NCBI GenBank assembly: GCA_965208125.1
Contig: OZ242320.1
Span: 5,088,001 to 5,152,000 of the forward strand
Reading direction: 5' to 3'
DNA from: Candidatus Latescibacterota bacterium
GTDB lineage: Bacteria > Latescibacterota > UBA2968
Length of the DNA stretch: 64,000 nucleotides
In this document: positions 47,362 through 57,996 of the stretch, one piece after another
How positions within the stretch are numbered: the first letter of the stretch is position 1
Layout: the number at the start of each line of letters is the position of its first letter
The notes under the pieces: generated by a model
Seen by the model: only the letters and a program-made list of their open reading frames with translations
What the model was told of the DNA's origin: nothing
The model's database searches: none
Made by a program: the position numbers and the translations under genes

Positions 47362-48516
47362 TCATCTGCGTCCATCTACGGATCCAAATCGCTCGAGGCG
47401 ATATCGCTTCAAAAAATCTATTTGAGCACCATCCAAAATCTCAATCGCCGCGCACTCGCCAATTAAAGGCGCGAGCGTAACCCCGCTGTGTGTCACAGAC
47501 AAATAGAGATTTGGAACCCGTTGGGAAAATCCGAGAATCGGGTGTCCGTCCTCTGGAATTGGCCGTCGCCCGCGCCGGACCTCGCGCACGGGCACGCCTT
47601 CAATTGCTGGCAAAAAACGCGCCACAGCATTGACCACCCGCTGCACTTCTCGATCATCCTGGCCCAGAGAGCCGCCATCGTAAACCCGACCGTGTGCCCC
47701 GCCGTGCAGCATCACCGAACCATTGGGCAACTGCCTGAAATTGGTCTGCGGAGGACAATCGCGGGGCGAATGCACCACCGATGCGTTTTCAAAAACAGGT
47801 GGCACAGGCTCTGTCAAAATCGTACATCCAAACGTGTAATACATGGGCACATCGATATCTGCCATTGCCGCGAGACCTGCCGTATCTGCTCCCCCTGCAA
47901 GCACGACCGCATCACACGCAATCTCTCCCCCATCCGTCACCACAGCCGCTATATCCGACCCCGAACGCGCCAGCCCCGTGACGCGCGTCTGAAAACAAAT
48001 ATCCGCACCCCATTCCTTCAATCGTTCAACGCATGCCCCAACAACAGCCCCCGTATCTGCGTGTCCCTCTATATCCGTATAAGAAGCTGCCGTCACAACG
48101 CCCGGCTTTAAACGCGGCTCTAATGATTCAACATCCTCCCCATTCAGCAGACGGATGGGATATCCCCACGACTGCAAAACACCCGCGCGTCTCACAATTT
48201 CCCTTGCTCCATCATCCGTAGAAGCCCACCGCAATTCACCGCCCCATGTCGCACTTTGTGGAATGCCCAGTCGCTCGACAAATCGCGCCCACATATCCAG
48301 CGAGCGCCGGTTGAAAAGGTGATAATGTCTGGGATTTTTGTCGCGTGCGTTCATCCACGCAAAGGATACCGCGGTTGCCGGTTGAATAGCTGACCTCTTT
48401 TCGGGTTCCCCCGCATCAATCAGCGTGACCTTTGCACCGCGTCTCGCCAGGTGAAATGCGATCGACGCCCCCACAATACCCGCACCAATCACAGCGATAT
48501 TTGAAAAATTATTCAT
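47362..48516 (-). CDS. FAD-dependent oxidoreductase (DAO/sarcosine oxidase beta family)
   Basis: VIGAGIVGAS, RPIPEDGHPILG, HSGVTLAP. Start moved to ATG 48516. Confidence 0.88.
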   Translation of the reverse strand: MNNFSNIAVIGAGIVGASIAFHLARRGAKVTLIDAGEPEKRSAIQPATAVSFAWMNARDKNPRHYHLFNRRSLDMWARFVERLGIPQSATWGGELRWASTDDGAREIVRRAGVLQSWGYPIRLLNGEDVESLEPRLKPGVVTAASYTDIEGHADTGAVVGACVERLKEWGADICFQTRVTGLARSGSDIAAVVTDGGEIACDAVVLAGGADTAGLAAMADIDVPMYYTFGCTILTEPVPPVFENASVVHSPRDCPPQTNFRQLPNGSVMLHGGAHGRVYDGGSLGQDDREVQRVVNAVARFLPAIEGVPVREVRRGRRPIPEDGHPILGFSQRVPNLYLSVTHSGVTLAPLIGECAAIEILDGAQIDFLKRYRLERFGSVDGRR

Positions 48517-48537
48517 TTCCCTTTCACCCTTATACAG

Positions 48538-48570
48538 AAAACGGGTTCCCCTCAAAGGCGAACCCGTTTT
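48538..48570. terminator. Terminator-like hairpin after the AGCS symporter
   Basis: AAAACGGGTTC-CCCTCAAAGGC-GAACCCGTTTT. Confidence 0.65.
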
Positions 48571-48589
48571 ATCTTCCCAAACAGCTCAA

Positions 48590-50137
48590 TTATTTATACA
48601 CCGTCAACTCACCCGCCTTGTAACGCGCCCAGTATTCTTTGAGCACCGCCTTGATCTGTGGACTCAAGATAATACCGCCAACAATATTCGGAAACGCCAT
48701 ACCCAAAATCATCATGTCTGAAAAATTGAGAACATTCTTTAACGCAGTGACCGATCCGATGAACACAAAGCAAACAAAAATAATCCGATAAGCCAGGATA
48801 GATTTCATACCAAAAAGATATTCCCACGCGCGCTCGCCGTAATAAGACCATGAGATCATCGTCGAATACGCAAAAAGCATCACGGCAACCGCGAGCACAT
48901 AACGCGCCCCAGGAATAAACGAATCAAAAGCCGCAGCCGTCATTTTAGCACCAACTACCCAGTCTGACGTACCTTGAAACTCTGCCAACTGATATGCTCC
49001 TGTAATCATACAAACCAATGCCGTCATCAAACATATAATAATGGTATCAATAAAAGGCCCGATCATTGCCACCATACCTTCACGCGCTGGTTCATCGGTT
49101 TTGGCGGCCGCGTGGGCAAATGCCGCAGAACCCAATCCCGCCTCATTGGAAAAAGCCGCCCGTTTAACCCCGTTAACCAATACCCCGATAAATCCGCCAT
49201 ACATAGCTTCTGGCGTAAACGCCTGTGAAATAATATTCGCGATAAGCCCGGGGACTTCTGTAATATTCGTCAGAATAATCAAAATTGAGGTCAGAACATA
49301 TAGTCCACACATAAAGGGCACAATGCGCGACGTTACATTGCCAATGCGCTTGATGCCGCCAATAATGACAATGGCTACAAATGTCGCCATAATAATACCC
49401 ATTAGCCAGTTATATGTTATAAAGCTCTCAGATACTGTGCTGAGAATTTCAAGGGTCTGGTTGGCTTGAAACATATTGCCGCCCCCCAGAGAACCGCCAA
49501 TCGTCAGAATCGCAAAAATCACAGCGAATGTGCGCCCCAACGGCCTGAGGCCTTTTTCTGCAAGACCGTGTTCCAGATAATACATCGGGCCACCCGACAC
49601 GCGACCATCGGGATGGATTTTCCTGTGCATCACCGCCAGCGTACAGGACGCCAGCTTTGAAGCCATGCCAAAAAACGCCATACCAATCATCCAGAAAACC
49701 GCACCGGGTCCCCCCAGACTTATCGCAATTGCAACCCCAGCGATATTTCCCAATCCCACAGTCGCAGACAGCGCACTGGTCAGTGCCTTAAAGTGCGAAA
49801 TTTCACCGGGATGATCGGGATGATCGTACCGTCCGCGAATCACATTGAGAGAATGCTTGAATCCCCTCAACGTAATCCAGCCAAAATAAAAAGAGTAATA
49901 CACGCCACCACCAAACAAGATAACGACAATGAGAGGAATATCTGTACCGAAATCCTGAAATAAAATATTGCCCAAAAACCCGACAACAGCACCCAGGTGT
50001 TCATTCAATGCCATCGTAAATGCTTTAATTCCTCCCGGCGATTCACCCGACGATGCTTCCTGTGCAAATGCATAACCGACTACAGACAGACCCAGAAGCC
50101 AGGCAAACCAAAAAAACGTGCGATTCTTGAAAGACAT
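48590..50137 (-). CDS. Alanine/glycine:cation symporter (AGCS)
   Basis: ALSATVGLGNIAGVA, GGPGAVFWM, GGPMYY, FSNEAGLGSA, PFIDT. GGAG RBS before ATG 50137. Confidence 0.95.
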   Translation of the reverse strand: MSFKNRTFFWFAWLLGLSVVGYAFAQEASSGESPGGIKAFTMALNEHLGAVVGFLGNILFQDFGTDIPLIVVILFGGGVYYSFYFGWITLRGFKHSLNVIRGRYDHPDHPGEISHFKALTSALSATVGLGNIAGVAIAISLGGPGAVFWMIGMAFFGMASKLASCTLAVMHRKIHPDGRVSGGPMYYLEHGLAEKGLRPLGRTFAVIFAILTIGGSLGGGNMFQANQTLEILSTVSESFITYNWLMGIIMATFVAIVIIGGIKRIGNVTSRIVPFMCGLYVLTSILIILTNITEVPGLIANIISQAFTPEAMYGGFIGVLVNGVKRAAFSNEAGLGSAAFAHAAAKTDEPAREGMVAMIGPFIDTIIICLMTALVCMITGAYQLAEFQGTSDWVVGAKMTAAAFDSFIPGARYVLAVAVMLFAYSTMISWSYYGERAWEYLFGMKSILAYRIIFVCFVFIGSVTALKNVLNFSDMMILGMAFPNIVGGIILSPQIKAVLKEYWARYKAGELTVYK

Positions 50138-50321
50138 GTAAACTCCTTTGTTTGGTAAGGCACCTGTAAACAGATTTCTCGCTAACAATGGCAAATATAA
50201 TACAAACAAATTGGAATTCTGTATAGCACTTTTACACCCTCCGTGACTTTATCCTTGCACTTTGTGCTTGCGTTGAGCAGATTAAATATCCAGACAAACA
50301 ACCATGCAGTATGGAATACAC

Positions 50322-52094
50322 ATGTCAAATTCACTACTCCATCGCTATCTGCCTTTTCTCAACTGGATTGGAGAACTCAAAGATCGGCACATCCTGCGCG
50401 CCGATATTATTGCGGGCATCACCCTGTCGCTGGTCTTGATCCCACAGGCCATGGCCAATGCACAACTGGCCGAGATGCCGCCCTACTACGGCTTCTATGC
50501 GTCATTTGTACCCATCATCGTCAGCGCCCTCTTCGGATCCTCTCGCCAACTCTCCACAGGCCCAGTCGCGCTCGTCGCCTTGATGGTCGCCTCTGAATTG
50601 GGACAACTCGCAGTTGACGAACAGACATATATCGCCTATGCCATTCTGCTGGCTCTCATGGTTGGCCTCTTGCAGTTCGGACTGGGCGTATTGCGCCTGG
50701 GCGTATTGGTGAACTTTCTCTCCCATCCAGTAGTACTCGGCTTTACCAACGCCGCAGCCATCATCATCGGCACATCGCAAATCGACAAATTATTCGGCGT
50801 CACCGTAGAACGCGGCGGAGCACATTACGAACGCATGATACGCATGTGGGACGTGATCTCTGCTGGCTCTCACTCCCCCACCCTGATCATGGGCCTCTCT
50901 GCCATCGCATTATTATTTATCTTGCGCCGCATCAACCCGCAAATTCCGGGTGTGCTGATTGTCGCCATCACAACAACAGGCGTTTCGTGGCTCATCGGAT
51001 TTGAGCAAAATTACGGCGGACAGGTCGTGGGCAACATCCCCGAAGGCATCCCCGCATTTGCACTGCCAATAATTGATTGGGGTATCGTACCACATATTCT
51101 CAGCGCCACCATAACCATCGCACTCATCGGATATCTGGAAACCATTTCAATTGCCAAAGCCATTGCCACGCAAACCCGTCAACGCATCGACGCCAACCAG
51201 GAATTGCTCGCACAGGGCTTGAGCAATATCGCCGGTAGTTTTTTTCAGAGCTTCCCCGTCTCCGGCTCTTTTGTCCGTTCAACCGTCACATTGCGCGCCG
51301 GCGGACAAACCGGCTTTGCATCTGTCATTGCCGGTCTGGTGGTCATCTTGCTACTCCTCTTCTTCACCCAACTCTTATACCACATGCCCCTATCCACCCT
51401 GGCGGCAATCGTCATCGTCTCTGTCACCGCACTGATTAACGTCAAACCCATTGTAAGCGCGTGGAAAGTACACAAACACGACGGCATTGTCGCCATATCG
51501 TCATTTGCACTCACCCTCATTTTTGCGCCACACCTGGACCAGGGCATATTAATCGGCGCGTCCTTATCAATCGCCCTCTACCTCTATCGCACGATGAAAC
51601 CGCGCGTGGCATTCCTCGCCCGCCACCCCGATGGCGCGTTTCGAGACGCAGTAGAACACGATCTGGAATTGTGCGACGCGATTGCCACCATCCGATTTGA
51701 TGGCTCATTGTATTTTGGCAGCGCGGGTGCTTTTGAAGACACTGTATTAGAACGGATTCGCGATCCCAAATTGCGCTATGTAATTGTCGATGCAGAAGGT
51801 GTGAATGAGATTGATGCCACTGGAAAAGAAATGCTGGTCGGCGTGGTGCAGCGGCTCCACGAGGCTGGCATTGAGGTACTATTTACACGAACAAAAAAAC
51901 AGATCATGGACGCACTCAATCGCGCAGGCGTACTCGAAGAAATTGGTCGAGACCGATTTTACACAACCCTCGATCGCGTATTAGCTCATGTTTGGGAGGC
52001 ACTGGAAAATCAGTATCCCTGCGATAGGTCGTGCCCTGCCGAATGTCCTCTCCACCGTCCCAGACCAGATGGGGACGTATTTTATCGCGTGTAG
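50322..52094 (+). CDS. SulP family anion permease with STAS domain
   Basis: DIIAGIT..LVLIPQAMA, LFGSSRQLSTGP, DANQELLAQG, FDGSLYFG, VNEIDATG. Confidence 0.93.
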   Translation: MSNSLLHRYLPFLNWIGELKDRHILRADIIAGITLSLVLIPQAMANAQLAEMPPYYGFYASFVPIIVSALFGSSRQLSTGPVALVALMVASELGQLAVDEQTYIAYAILLALMVGLLQFGLGVLRLGVLVNFLSHPVVLGFTNAAAIIIGTSQIDKLFGVTVERGGAHYERMIRMWDVISAGSHSPTLIMGLSAIALLFILRRINPQIPGVLIVAITTTGVSWLIGFEQNYGGQVVGNIPEGIPAFALPIIDWGIVPHILSATITIALIGYLETISIAKAIATQTRQRIDANQELLAQGLSNIAGSFFQSFPVSGSFVRSTVTLRAGGQTGFASVIAGLVVILLLLFFTQLLYHMPLSTLAAIVIVSVTALINVKPIVSAWKVHKHDGIVAISSFALTLIFAPHLDQGILIGASLSIALYLYRTMKPRVAFLARHPDGAFRDAVEHDLELCDAIATIRFDGSLYFGSAGAFEDTVLERIRDPKLRYVIVDAEGVNEIDATGKEMLVGVVQRLHEAGIEVLFTRTKKQIMDALNRAGVLEEIGRDRFYTTLDRVLAHVWEALENQYPCDRSCPAECPLHRPRPDGDVFYRV

Positions 52095-52394
52095 AAAATC
52101 CAGTCCTTTTGAGTGTACAAACTATAACAATTTTAACAATTTATTACAGTTTTTAGGGGGGCGAAGTGGACCAATCGCTTGTCTAAAATACTATAGTTGT
52201 AAATCGGGCTGATTGCTGCTGCTGAACGCTGACCGTTAATTATCATAATTATGTTGATTTTTTAAAAAAAAATGATAATTTTGTGTAGTCTGACTTTTGT
52301 ATCGCAACAGATTGTCTCCCTTCAATTTCAGACAATCTGATTCAGTTCGAACCGAAAAAACGCAACCGTCACCTTTCACCACAGGAGGAAGTCT

Positions 52395-55300
52395 ATGAGA
52401 CGGACGAGTCTGTTTTTCTTTTTATTCATAGCCCTGGCATTCTCTGCCAGTGCTGTTTTTGCCGGATCAACCGGTAAAATTTCGGGCAAGGTCGTGGAGA
52501 AATCCACGGGCGAGACCCTGCCCGGTGCCAATGTCGTCATCGAAGGCACCACATTGGGCGCCGTAACAGATTCCAACGGCAATTATTTCATCATCAATGT
52601 GCCGCCGGGTTCTTATACCGTCAGCGCGAGTATGGTCGGCTATCACAAAACGACACAGACCAATGTGCGAGTCTTTATCGACCTGACCACGACGATGAAT
52701 TTCTCTGGTGATTTTGGCCTCGTCGAAGAGACCATTGAACTGGCAGAGATCACAGTGGTTGCCGAACTCCCGGTAGTGCAACCCGATATTTCCGCCAATG
52801 TCGCCAATATCTCCGCGCAAGATGTCGAAACCCTGCCATTGACCAGCGTGAACGAAGTCGTGCGATTAGAGGCAGGGGTTCTCTCCTCTGCCAATGGCGA
52901 ATTGTCGATTCGAGGCAGTGCTTTTAATGAGATCGCCTTTTCGGTCGATGGCCTGTCCATGCGCGATGGACGCAACAACGAACCGTATTCAACGGTGAGT
53001 TATACCTCAATCAAAGAAATGAGCGTGCAGTCGGGTGGGTTCAACGCCGAATACGGCAACGTGCGCTCGGGCCTGATCAATATTGTGACCAAAGAAGGCG
53101 ACAGGCGGCGCTACAACGGCGATGTGTTGTTGCGACACAGCGGCGCACAGCGCGATTATTTTGGCCCGTTGCCGAACCATCCCAATGGCCTTTTTTGGCG
53201 GCCATTTACAGATCCCGCTGTGAGGAACGTGGGCACCCATTCGCCCGAAAGCCCCTGGGATGTGTACACGCGGCGTCAATATCGCGTCTGGACCGGGTGG
53301 AATACCATTGTACAAAGATGGGCTGCCACCCCTACTGATCCGTATCACGGCGTGGGTGTGAGAGACACGGGCGCAGATGAATCGACTTTACCAGTCGATG
53401 AACTGCAAGTTGATGACGCAGTGATTACGGAATTGTTTGAGTGGTATCGCCGCAAAGACCTCGAAGTTCGCAATGCGGATTTCGATATCGACCTGGGTTT
53501 TGGTGGTCCCTTGATTCCGGGATTGAGCGAAAAACTGGGCGGTCTGAGGTTCTTTGCTTCGGGCAAGCGCGAGCGCAGGGCCTATATGATGCCGCGCAAT
53601 ATCGATGAATACGAACACGACTGGGGCCGCGTAAAGCTCACGTCGGATATTCGCAATAGCATGAAATTGAGTGTCGAGGCGATGTCGGGTGAAGAATTTG
53701 GGCTGAATCCTAACCGTAGCGGTTTTCCCAGCATGTGGCGTGGCAATCAGGAAATGGGGATTAATGGACTCGCTGCTATTTGGGGAAATCACACCCATAA
53801 CACACTTTCGATCAAGCGCAATAATATCGGTCTGAGTTTTTCACATGTGTTGAGTCCCCAGACATTTTACGAGTTTCGCTTTCAGAGGATGCAATCGGAC
53901 TTTTTGACCGAAAAGTATCCAGACCGCGATTTGACGGCTGTTGAAAAGACCATTCCCCGCAATCCGGACTTCGCGCCTCCCAGTCCGTCTTTACAGGTTT
54001 CAGAGGTCACGCAGAACCACATCGGGTTGACGTCTGCGCCCGATGAATATTTTATGAAAAATGAAGTCTTTGTTGACGGCCTGTATTTTGGGGGACACTG
54101 GGCCAATGGACGCGATAATTCTGAAGTCGTAGCCTATACGACGCGCTTTGACATTACCAGCCAGCGCAATCAGGTCGCGCAGTTTAAGGCGGGTTTTGAA
54201 TGGATCTCCAGTGATTACGATGTCAATCACGAAAATGCACAGCCTTTCTTCAAAAACAATGCGGCACCCAAATACATCTGGCAACGCAACCCAAACCAAT
54301 TTGCCGGATATGTGCAGACCAAGCTCGAATTCAATGCGATGATCGCAAACCTGGGGGTGCGTTGGGATCGCTGGAATGGGAGCGGCGAATGGTGGGTTTA
54401 TGACGATTTCTCCTATGCGTTTGGGCCTAAAGTCGGCAAAGACAATCTCGAGGCAGAACTCGAACAGGCACCTGTTAAGACCCTGTCTTATTTAAGCCCG
54501 CGCCTGGGTATTTCGTTCCCGGTAACAGCAGATAGCAAATTGTTTTTTAACTACGGGCACTTCCGCCAGATGCTGAACCCGCACAATCTCTTTCTCGTAG
54601 ATGAAATAAATACGGGCGCAGTCTCGCGGATTGGCAATCCCAATCACCCCATGCCGCGCACGATCAATTACGAACTCGGCTTTGAGCAGAATTTGTTTGA
54701 CCGGTATTTGCTGCGCCTGACCGGATATTACAAAGCCAACAACGACCAATCAATTGCTGTGCGCTACACCAATCTGGACCAAACCGTAGCCTACAACCTT
54801 TTTGAACCCCTCAACTACGACGATATCCGGGGTTTTGAAATAACCATTAGAAAGCGCAGGGGCAAGTGGTTTAGCGGATCAGTCAACTATACGTATCTGC
54901 AAACTAAGGACGGCAATTTTGGTCGGCGCCAGATGTACGAGAACCGCTTAGAGCAAGCCACTTTTGATGCGACCTCAACACTGCACTATCAAAGCCGGCC
55001 CGCCAGCAGGCCCTTCGCCAGATTGTCGCTGGAATTTTACACACCGCGCGACTTTGGTCCCCAGGTCTCCAGATTTTATCCCCTGGGCAAGTGGGATATG
55101 TCTTTTGTAGGCCGTTGGCGAGCGGGTGAGTACAGCAACTGGTATGGGCCAGAAGGTGGGGATATCCCCGGTTTGATCAGAAATGTCCAGTACACGAGTG
55201 TTAAGAATATGGACCTGCGCCTGACCAGGCAGTTTTCGATGATGGGCGTCAGGACAATGTTCTTTTTAGACGTGGATAATGTGTTTAATCTCAAGCGACT

Positions 55301-55751
55301 CAATAGAAGTTCTACCAACCCGAACCTCGAAGACTGGGAATTCTATATGGTATCCCTGCATTTGCCGGAAGACACATTTGGCGAGTTCGAACCACCCTAT
55401 CCGTTCATTCCCGGCAATGACTCGCCCGGCAGTTTCAGAGATTACGACACGGAGTTTGTGCCCATTGAAATTGTCAGTACAGCCAGTAATTTGCCCGCCA
55501 ATGGATTGCCCGGCGATGCGGAAATTACGGCTGCATTGCCCACGGGCCTCGAACCCGACCGCCGCGTGTTGTGGTATGTGCAGGAAACCGGGCAATATCA
55601 CGAATATCAAAACGGAAACTGGGCGCAGGCCAATCAGGACTTTGTAAATGAAGTGCTGGACAATAAGCTGTATATCGACATGCCCAACAACGACTCTATC
55701 TGGTTCTTGAACCCGCGCCGCGTGCGTTTGGGCTTGCGGTTCTCGTTCTAA
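52395..55751 (+). CDS. TonB-dependent receptor with N-terminal carboxypeptidase-regulatory-like domain
   Basis: Signal peptide; GKISGKV...GETLPGANV, IRGS, SGGFNAEYGN..SGLINIVTK (plug), SPRLGISFP, C-terminal PRRVRLGLRFSF. Confidence 0.9.
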   Translation: MRRTSLFFFLFIALAFSASAVFAGSTGKISGKVVEKSTGETLPGANVVIEGTTLGAVTDSNGNYFIINVPPGSYTVSASMVGYHKTTQTNVRVFIDLTTTMNFSGDFGLVEETIELAEITVVAELPVVQPDISANVANISAQDVETLPLTSVNEVVRLEAGVLSSANGELSIRGSAFNEIAFSVDGLSMRDGRNNEPYSTVSYTSIKEMSVQSGGFNAEYGNVRSGLINIVTKEGDRRRYNGDVLLRHSGAQRDYFGPLPNHPNGLFWRPFTDPAVRNVGTHSPESPWDVYTRRQYRVWTGWNTIVQRWAATPTDPYHGVGVRDTGADESTLPVDELQVDDAVITELFEWYRRKDLEVRNADFDIDLGFGGPLIPGLSEKLGGLRFFASGKRERRAYMMPRNIDEYEHDWGRVKLTSDIRNSMKLSVEAMSGEEFGLNPNRSGFPSMWRGNQEMGINGLAAIWGNHTHNTLSIKRNNIGLSFSHVLSPQTFYEFRFQRMQSDFLTEKYPDRDLTAVEKTIPRNPDFAPPSPSLQVSEVTQNHIGLTSAPDEYFMKNEVFVDGLYFGGHWANGRDNSEVVAYTTRFDITSQRNQVAQFKAGFEWISSDYDVNHENAQPFFKNNAAPKYIWQRNPNQFAGYVQTKLEFNAMIANLGVRWDRWNGSGEWWVYDDFSYAFGPKVGKDNLEAELEQAPVKTLSYLSPRLGISFPVTADSKLFFNYGHFRQMLNPHNLFLVDEINTGAVSRIGNPNHPMPRTINYELGFEQNLFDRYLLRLTGYYKANNDQSIAVRYTNLDQTVAYNLFEPLNYDDIRGFEITIRKRRGKWFSGSVNYTYLQTKDGNFGRRQMYENRLEQATFDATSTLHYQSRPASRPFARLSLEFYTPRDFGPQVSRFYPLGKWDMSFVGRWRAGEYSNWYGPEGGDIPGLIRNVQYTSVKNMDLRLTRQFSMMGVRTMFFLDVDNVFNLKRLNRSSTNPNLEDWEFYMVSLHLPEDTFGEFEPPYPFIPGNDSPGSFRDYDTEFVPIEIVSTASNLPANGLPGDAEITAALPTGLEPDRRVLWYVQETGQYHEYQNGNWAQANQDFVNEVLDNKLYIDMPNNDSIWFLNPRRVRLGLRFSF

Positions 55752-55806
55752 CATAAAACACAACCTCTGTGGTTTTTTGAATCGCAACTTATCAGGAGAA
55801 TATGTA

Positions 55807-57981
55807 ATGAACAGATTTTTAAAACCGCTGGTCGGAACAACTTTTGCACTTGTGGCTCTGGTGTTCTGGGGCCAGCCAGCCAAAGTACAGGCGCAGGCTG
55901 ACCTGGCGTGGCTGGATGTGGGCGATTATCACTATCGATACGCCTCGACAGGCACAGAGCCTTCAATCACAAGCCCCCCGTTTCGGGCACGTGTGAAATA
56001 CTGGCCCGGTATTTATTTTCGAGAGGGTGGAACCCATGTGCGCTCGCGTCACTATATTGGTGTGAGAGATTTTATAGATGAAAATGGCGATCCCTGGCCA
56101 TTTAAGGTCGCCCGTGCGGGACCTCGCGTATTTGACCTGGGCGAACACTTTGCCCTGCAAATGGACCTGATCGGCAAGTTTGAAAAACCCGACGTATTTG
56201 TCGATGGGTTTCAATCTTTTGCCCGGCCCACAGTATTGACCCGCGTCGATCCTTCTATTCCATCAGATCGAATGATCATTCGCGGTGCCCATACCAATGT
56301 GGGCGTTACCTGGGAAGAGAGGATCTACGCATTTTCCAATCCCTATCACGATGACTACCACATCCGGGAAATAACCTGGACAAATACGGGCAATGTCGAT
56401 GCCGATGAAGAGATCGAATTGCCCGATCAAACCGCGAACGAGGTGATGCTGTCCTTTGCCGCTAAAGAGCATCTCTGGGGGCCGCGCGGGGTTACGGGCG
56501 CGGGTGTATCGGGCACAATGTGGGATTATGTGGGCGACGGCAAGGAGGATGTGGGCAAATGGGAAGGCATACGCGCCACGCTCGGCTGGATGGGCAATGG
56601 TACGAATGTGTCCTTTCTGAACCGCATTGGAGGACCTACCTGGAGAGGTGGACGCGGAAATGCCAACTATCGGATTACAGAAGGCGATTCAATCGGTCGG
56701 CTCGGCGGTGCTTATATGCTGACCCGCGCGACCTTGCACGCAGATACAAGCCCAACAGATCCGACAAATGACCCGGGCCAGCCCAGAACTACAGGTTACA
56801 CCCGCGGCGGCGAATCGAATACCAACCCGTCGTTTGGCGATGCCGAACAGATGACAAACACCTACCATTTTATGCACCCGGACCTGAGCTATGCCGAATA
56901 TGGCAATCCGGGCACCGATGGGCACTTTTTTCCGCACGAAGCCGACCGGTCAGCACCGCCGGATCCTGCGGGTCCTTTCGATTCGGAATCGTGGTACGAA
57001 CGCATGGGGGCGCAAACTGATGTCTCTCGCATGAGAAGTGGAGGTATGGTGCCAGTATTTGCCTATGGTCCCTACACACTGGCACCGGGCCAAAGCGTCA
57101 GTGCGGTCTGGATTGAAGGTATGCACGGGTTAAGCCGGGACGTATGTGTTGCTGTGGGCACGGCGTACAAAAATTCTGGTTATGACGATACACTCCCCAT
57201 TACCTACAATGGGCAGACCCACACGAAGAACCGCTGGGTACTGGGATCTCGAGATTCCATCTACCAGATGATCCGCAGAGCTACGGCGAACTGGCAATCG
57301 GGTTATAATATTCCGCATCCCCCACTGCCGCCCAAAGTTTTCAATGTGCAGTCCGGTTCTGATCAAATTGTGCTTTCGTGGGAGACCTTCCCCAATGCCA
57401 ATCACACGGGTTTTGAGATCTGGCGCACGCGCAACTTGTTCGAAAGCAGTGTGCAAGACCTCTGGGAATACCAGTTGATCGCCACCCTGGGGGCAGGGGA
57501 CCGCGAATACGTAGATGCGGACGTGGTGCGCGGCATCAGTTATTTCTACTATATCCAATCTGTGGGACAGGTGAACAACGATGGAACGGGAATGACGCCG
57601 ACAGGCAGTGTGCTGAAAAGCAGCCGGTATTATACGCAGACCTATGATCCCGCGTTTTTGAAGCGTCCGCCCGGCAGTACGCTGGGGGATGTGCGCGTTG
57701 TGCCCAATCCCTTTGTTCTGGAAGCCGATCAGAATATTCGATTCCCAGACCAGCAGGACAAGCTGGCGTTTTTTGAAATTCCGGGTGAATGTACCATCCA
57801 GATTTTCAGCGAACTGGGAGAATCAATTTTCACCATCGAGCACACAGATGGCACAGGGGACGAATTTTGGAACCTGACCACAGAGTCGAATCAGCTGATT
57901 ACAAGTGGCATTTATTTTGCCGTGATCACAGACCTTCAGACCGGCGATAAGATAATCAAAAAATTCGTCGTTATTCGTTAA
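55807..57981 (+). CDS. Secreted protein with FN3-like domain and T9SS-type C-terminal sorting domain
   Basis: Signal peptide ending AQA; PLPPKVFNV.SGSDQIVLSW...YFYYIQSV (FN3-like); VRVVPNPF...IQIFSELGE...WNL...SGIYF...KKFVVIR. Confidence 0.75.
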   Translation: MNRFLKPLVGTTFALVALVFWGQPAKVQAQADLAWLDVGDYHYRYASTGTEPSITSPPFRARVKYWPGIYFREGGTHVRSRHYIGVRDFIDENGDPWPFKVARAGPRVFDLGEHFALQMDLIGKFEKPDVFVDGFQSFARPTVLTRVDPSIPSDRMIIRGAHTNVGVTWEERIYAFSNPYHDDYHIREITWTNTGNVDADEEIELPDQTANEVMLSFAAKEHLWGPRGVTGAGVSGTMWDYVGDGKEDVGKWEGIRATLGWMGNGTNVSFLNRIGGPTWRGGRGNANYRITEGDSIGRLGGAYMLTRATLHADTSPTDPTNDPGQPRTTGYTRGGESNTNPSFGDAEQMTNTYHFMHPDLSYAEYGNPGTDGHFFPHEADRSAPPDPAGPFDSESWYERMGAQTDVSRMRSGGMVPVFAYGPYTLAPGQSVSAVWIEGMHGLSRDVCVAVGTAYKNSGYDDTLPITYNGQTHTKNRWVLGSRDSIYQMIRRATANWQSGYNIPHPPLPPKVFNVQSGSDQIVLSWETFPNANHTGFEIWRTRNLFESSVQDLWEYQLIATLGAGDREYVDADVVRGISYFYYIQSVGQVNNDGTGMTPTGSVLKSSRYYTQTYDPAFLKRPPGSTLGDVRVVPNPFVLEADQNIRFPDQQDKLAFFEIPGECTIQIFSELGESIFTIEHTDGTGDEFWNLTTESNQLITSGIYFAVITDLQTGDKIIKKFVVIR

Positions 57982-57996
57982 GAACGGAGTATTTCA

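Noticed and set aside
52095-52394. AT-rich 300-bp leader before the TonB receptor as a possible riboswitch
   Set aside because: No cobalamin, TPP or other riboswitch consensus recognised by eye; an Rfam/Infernal scan would be needed to exclude one.
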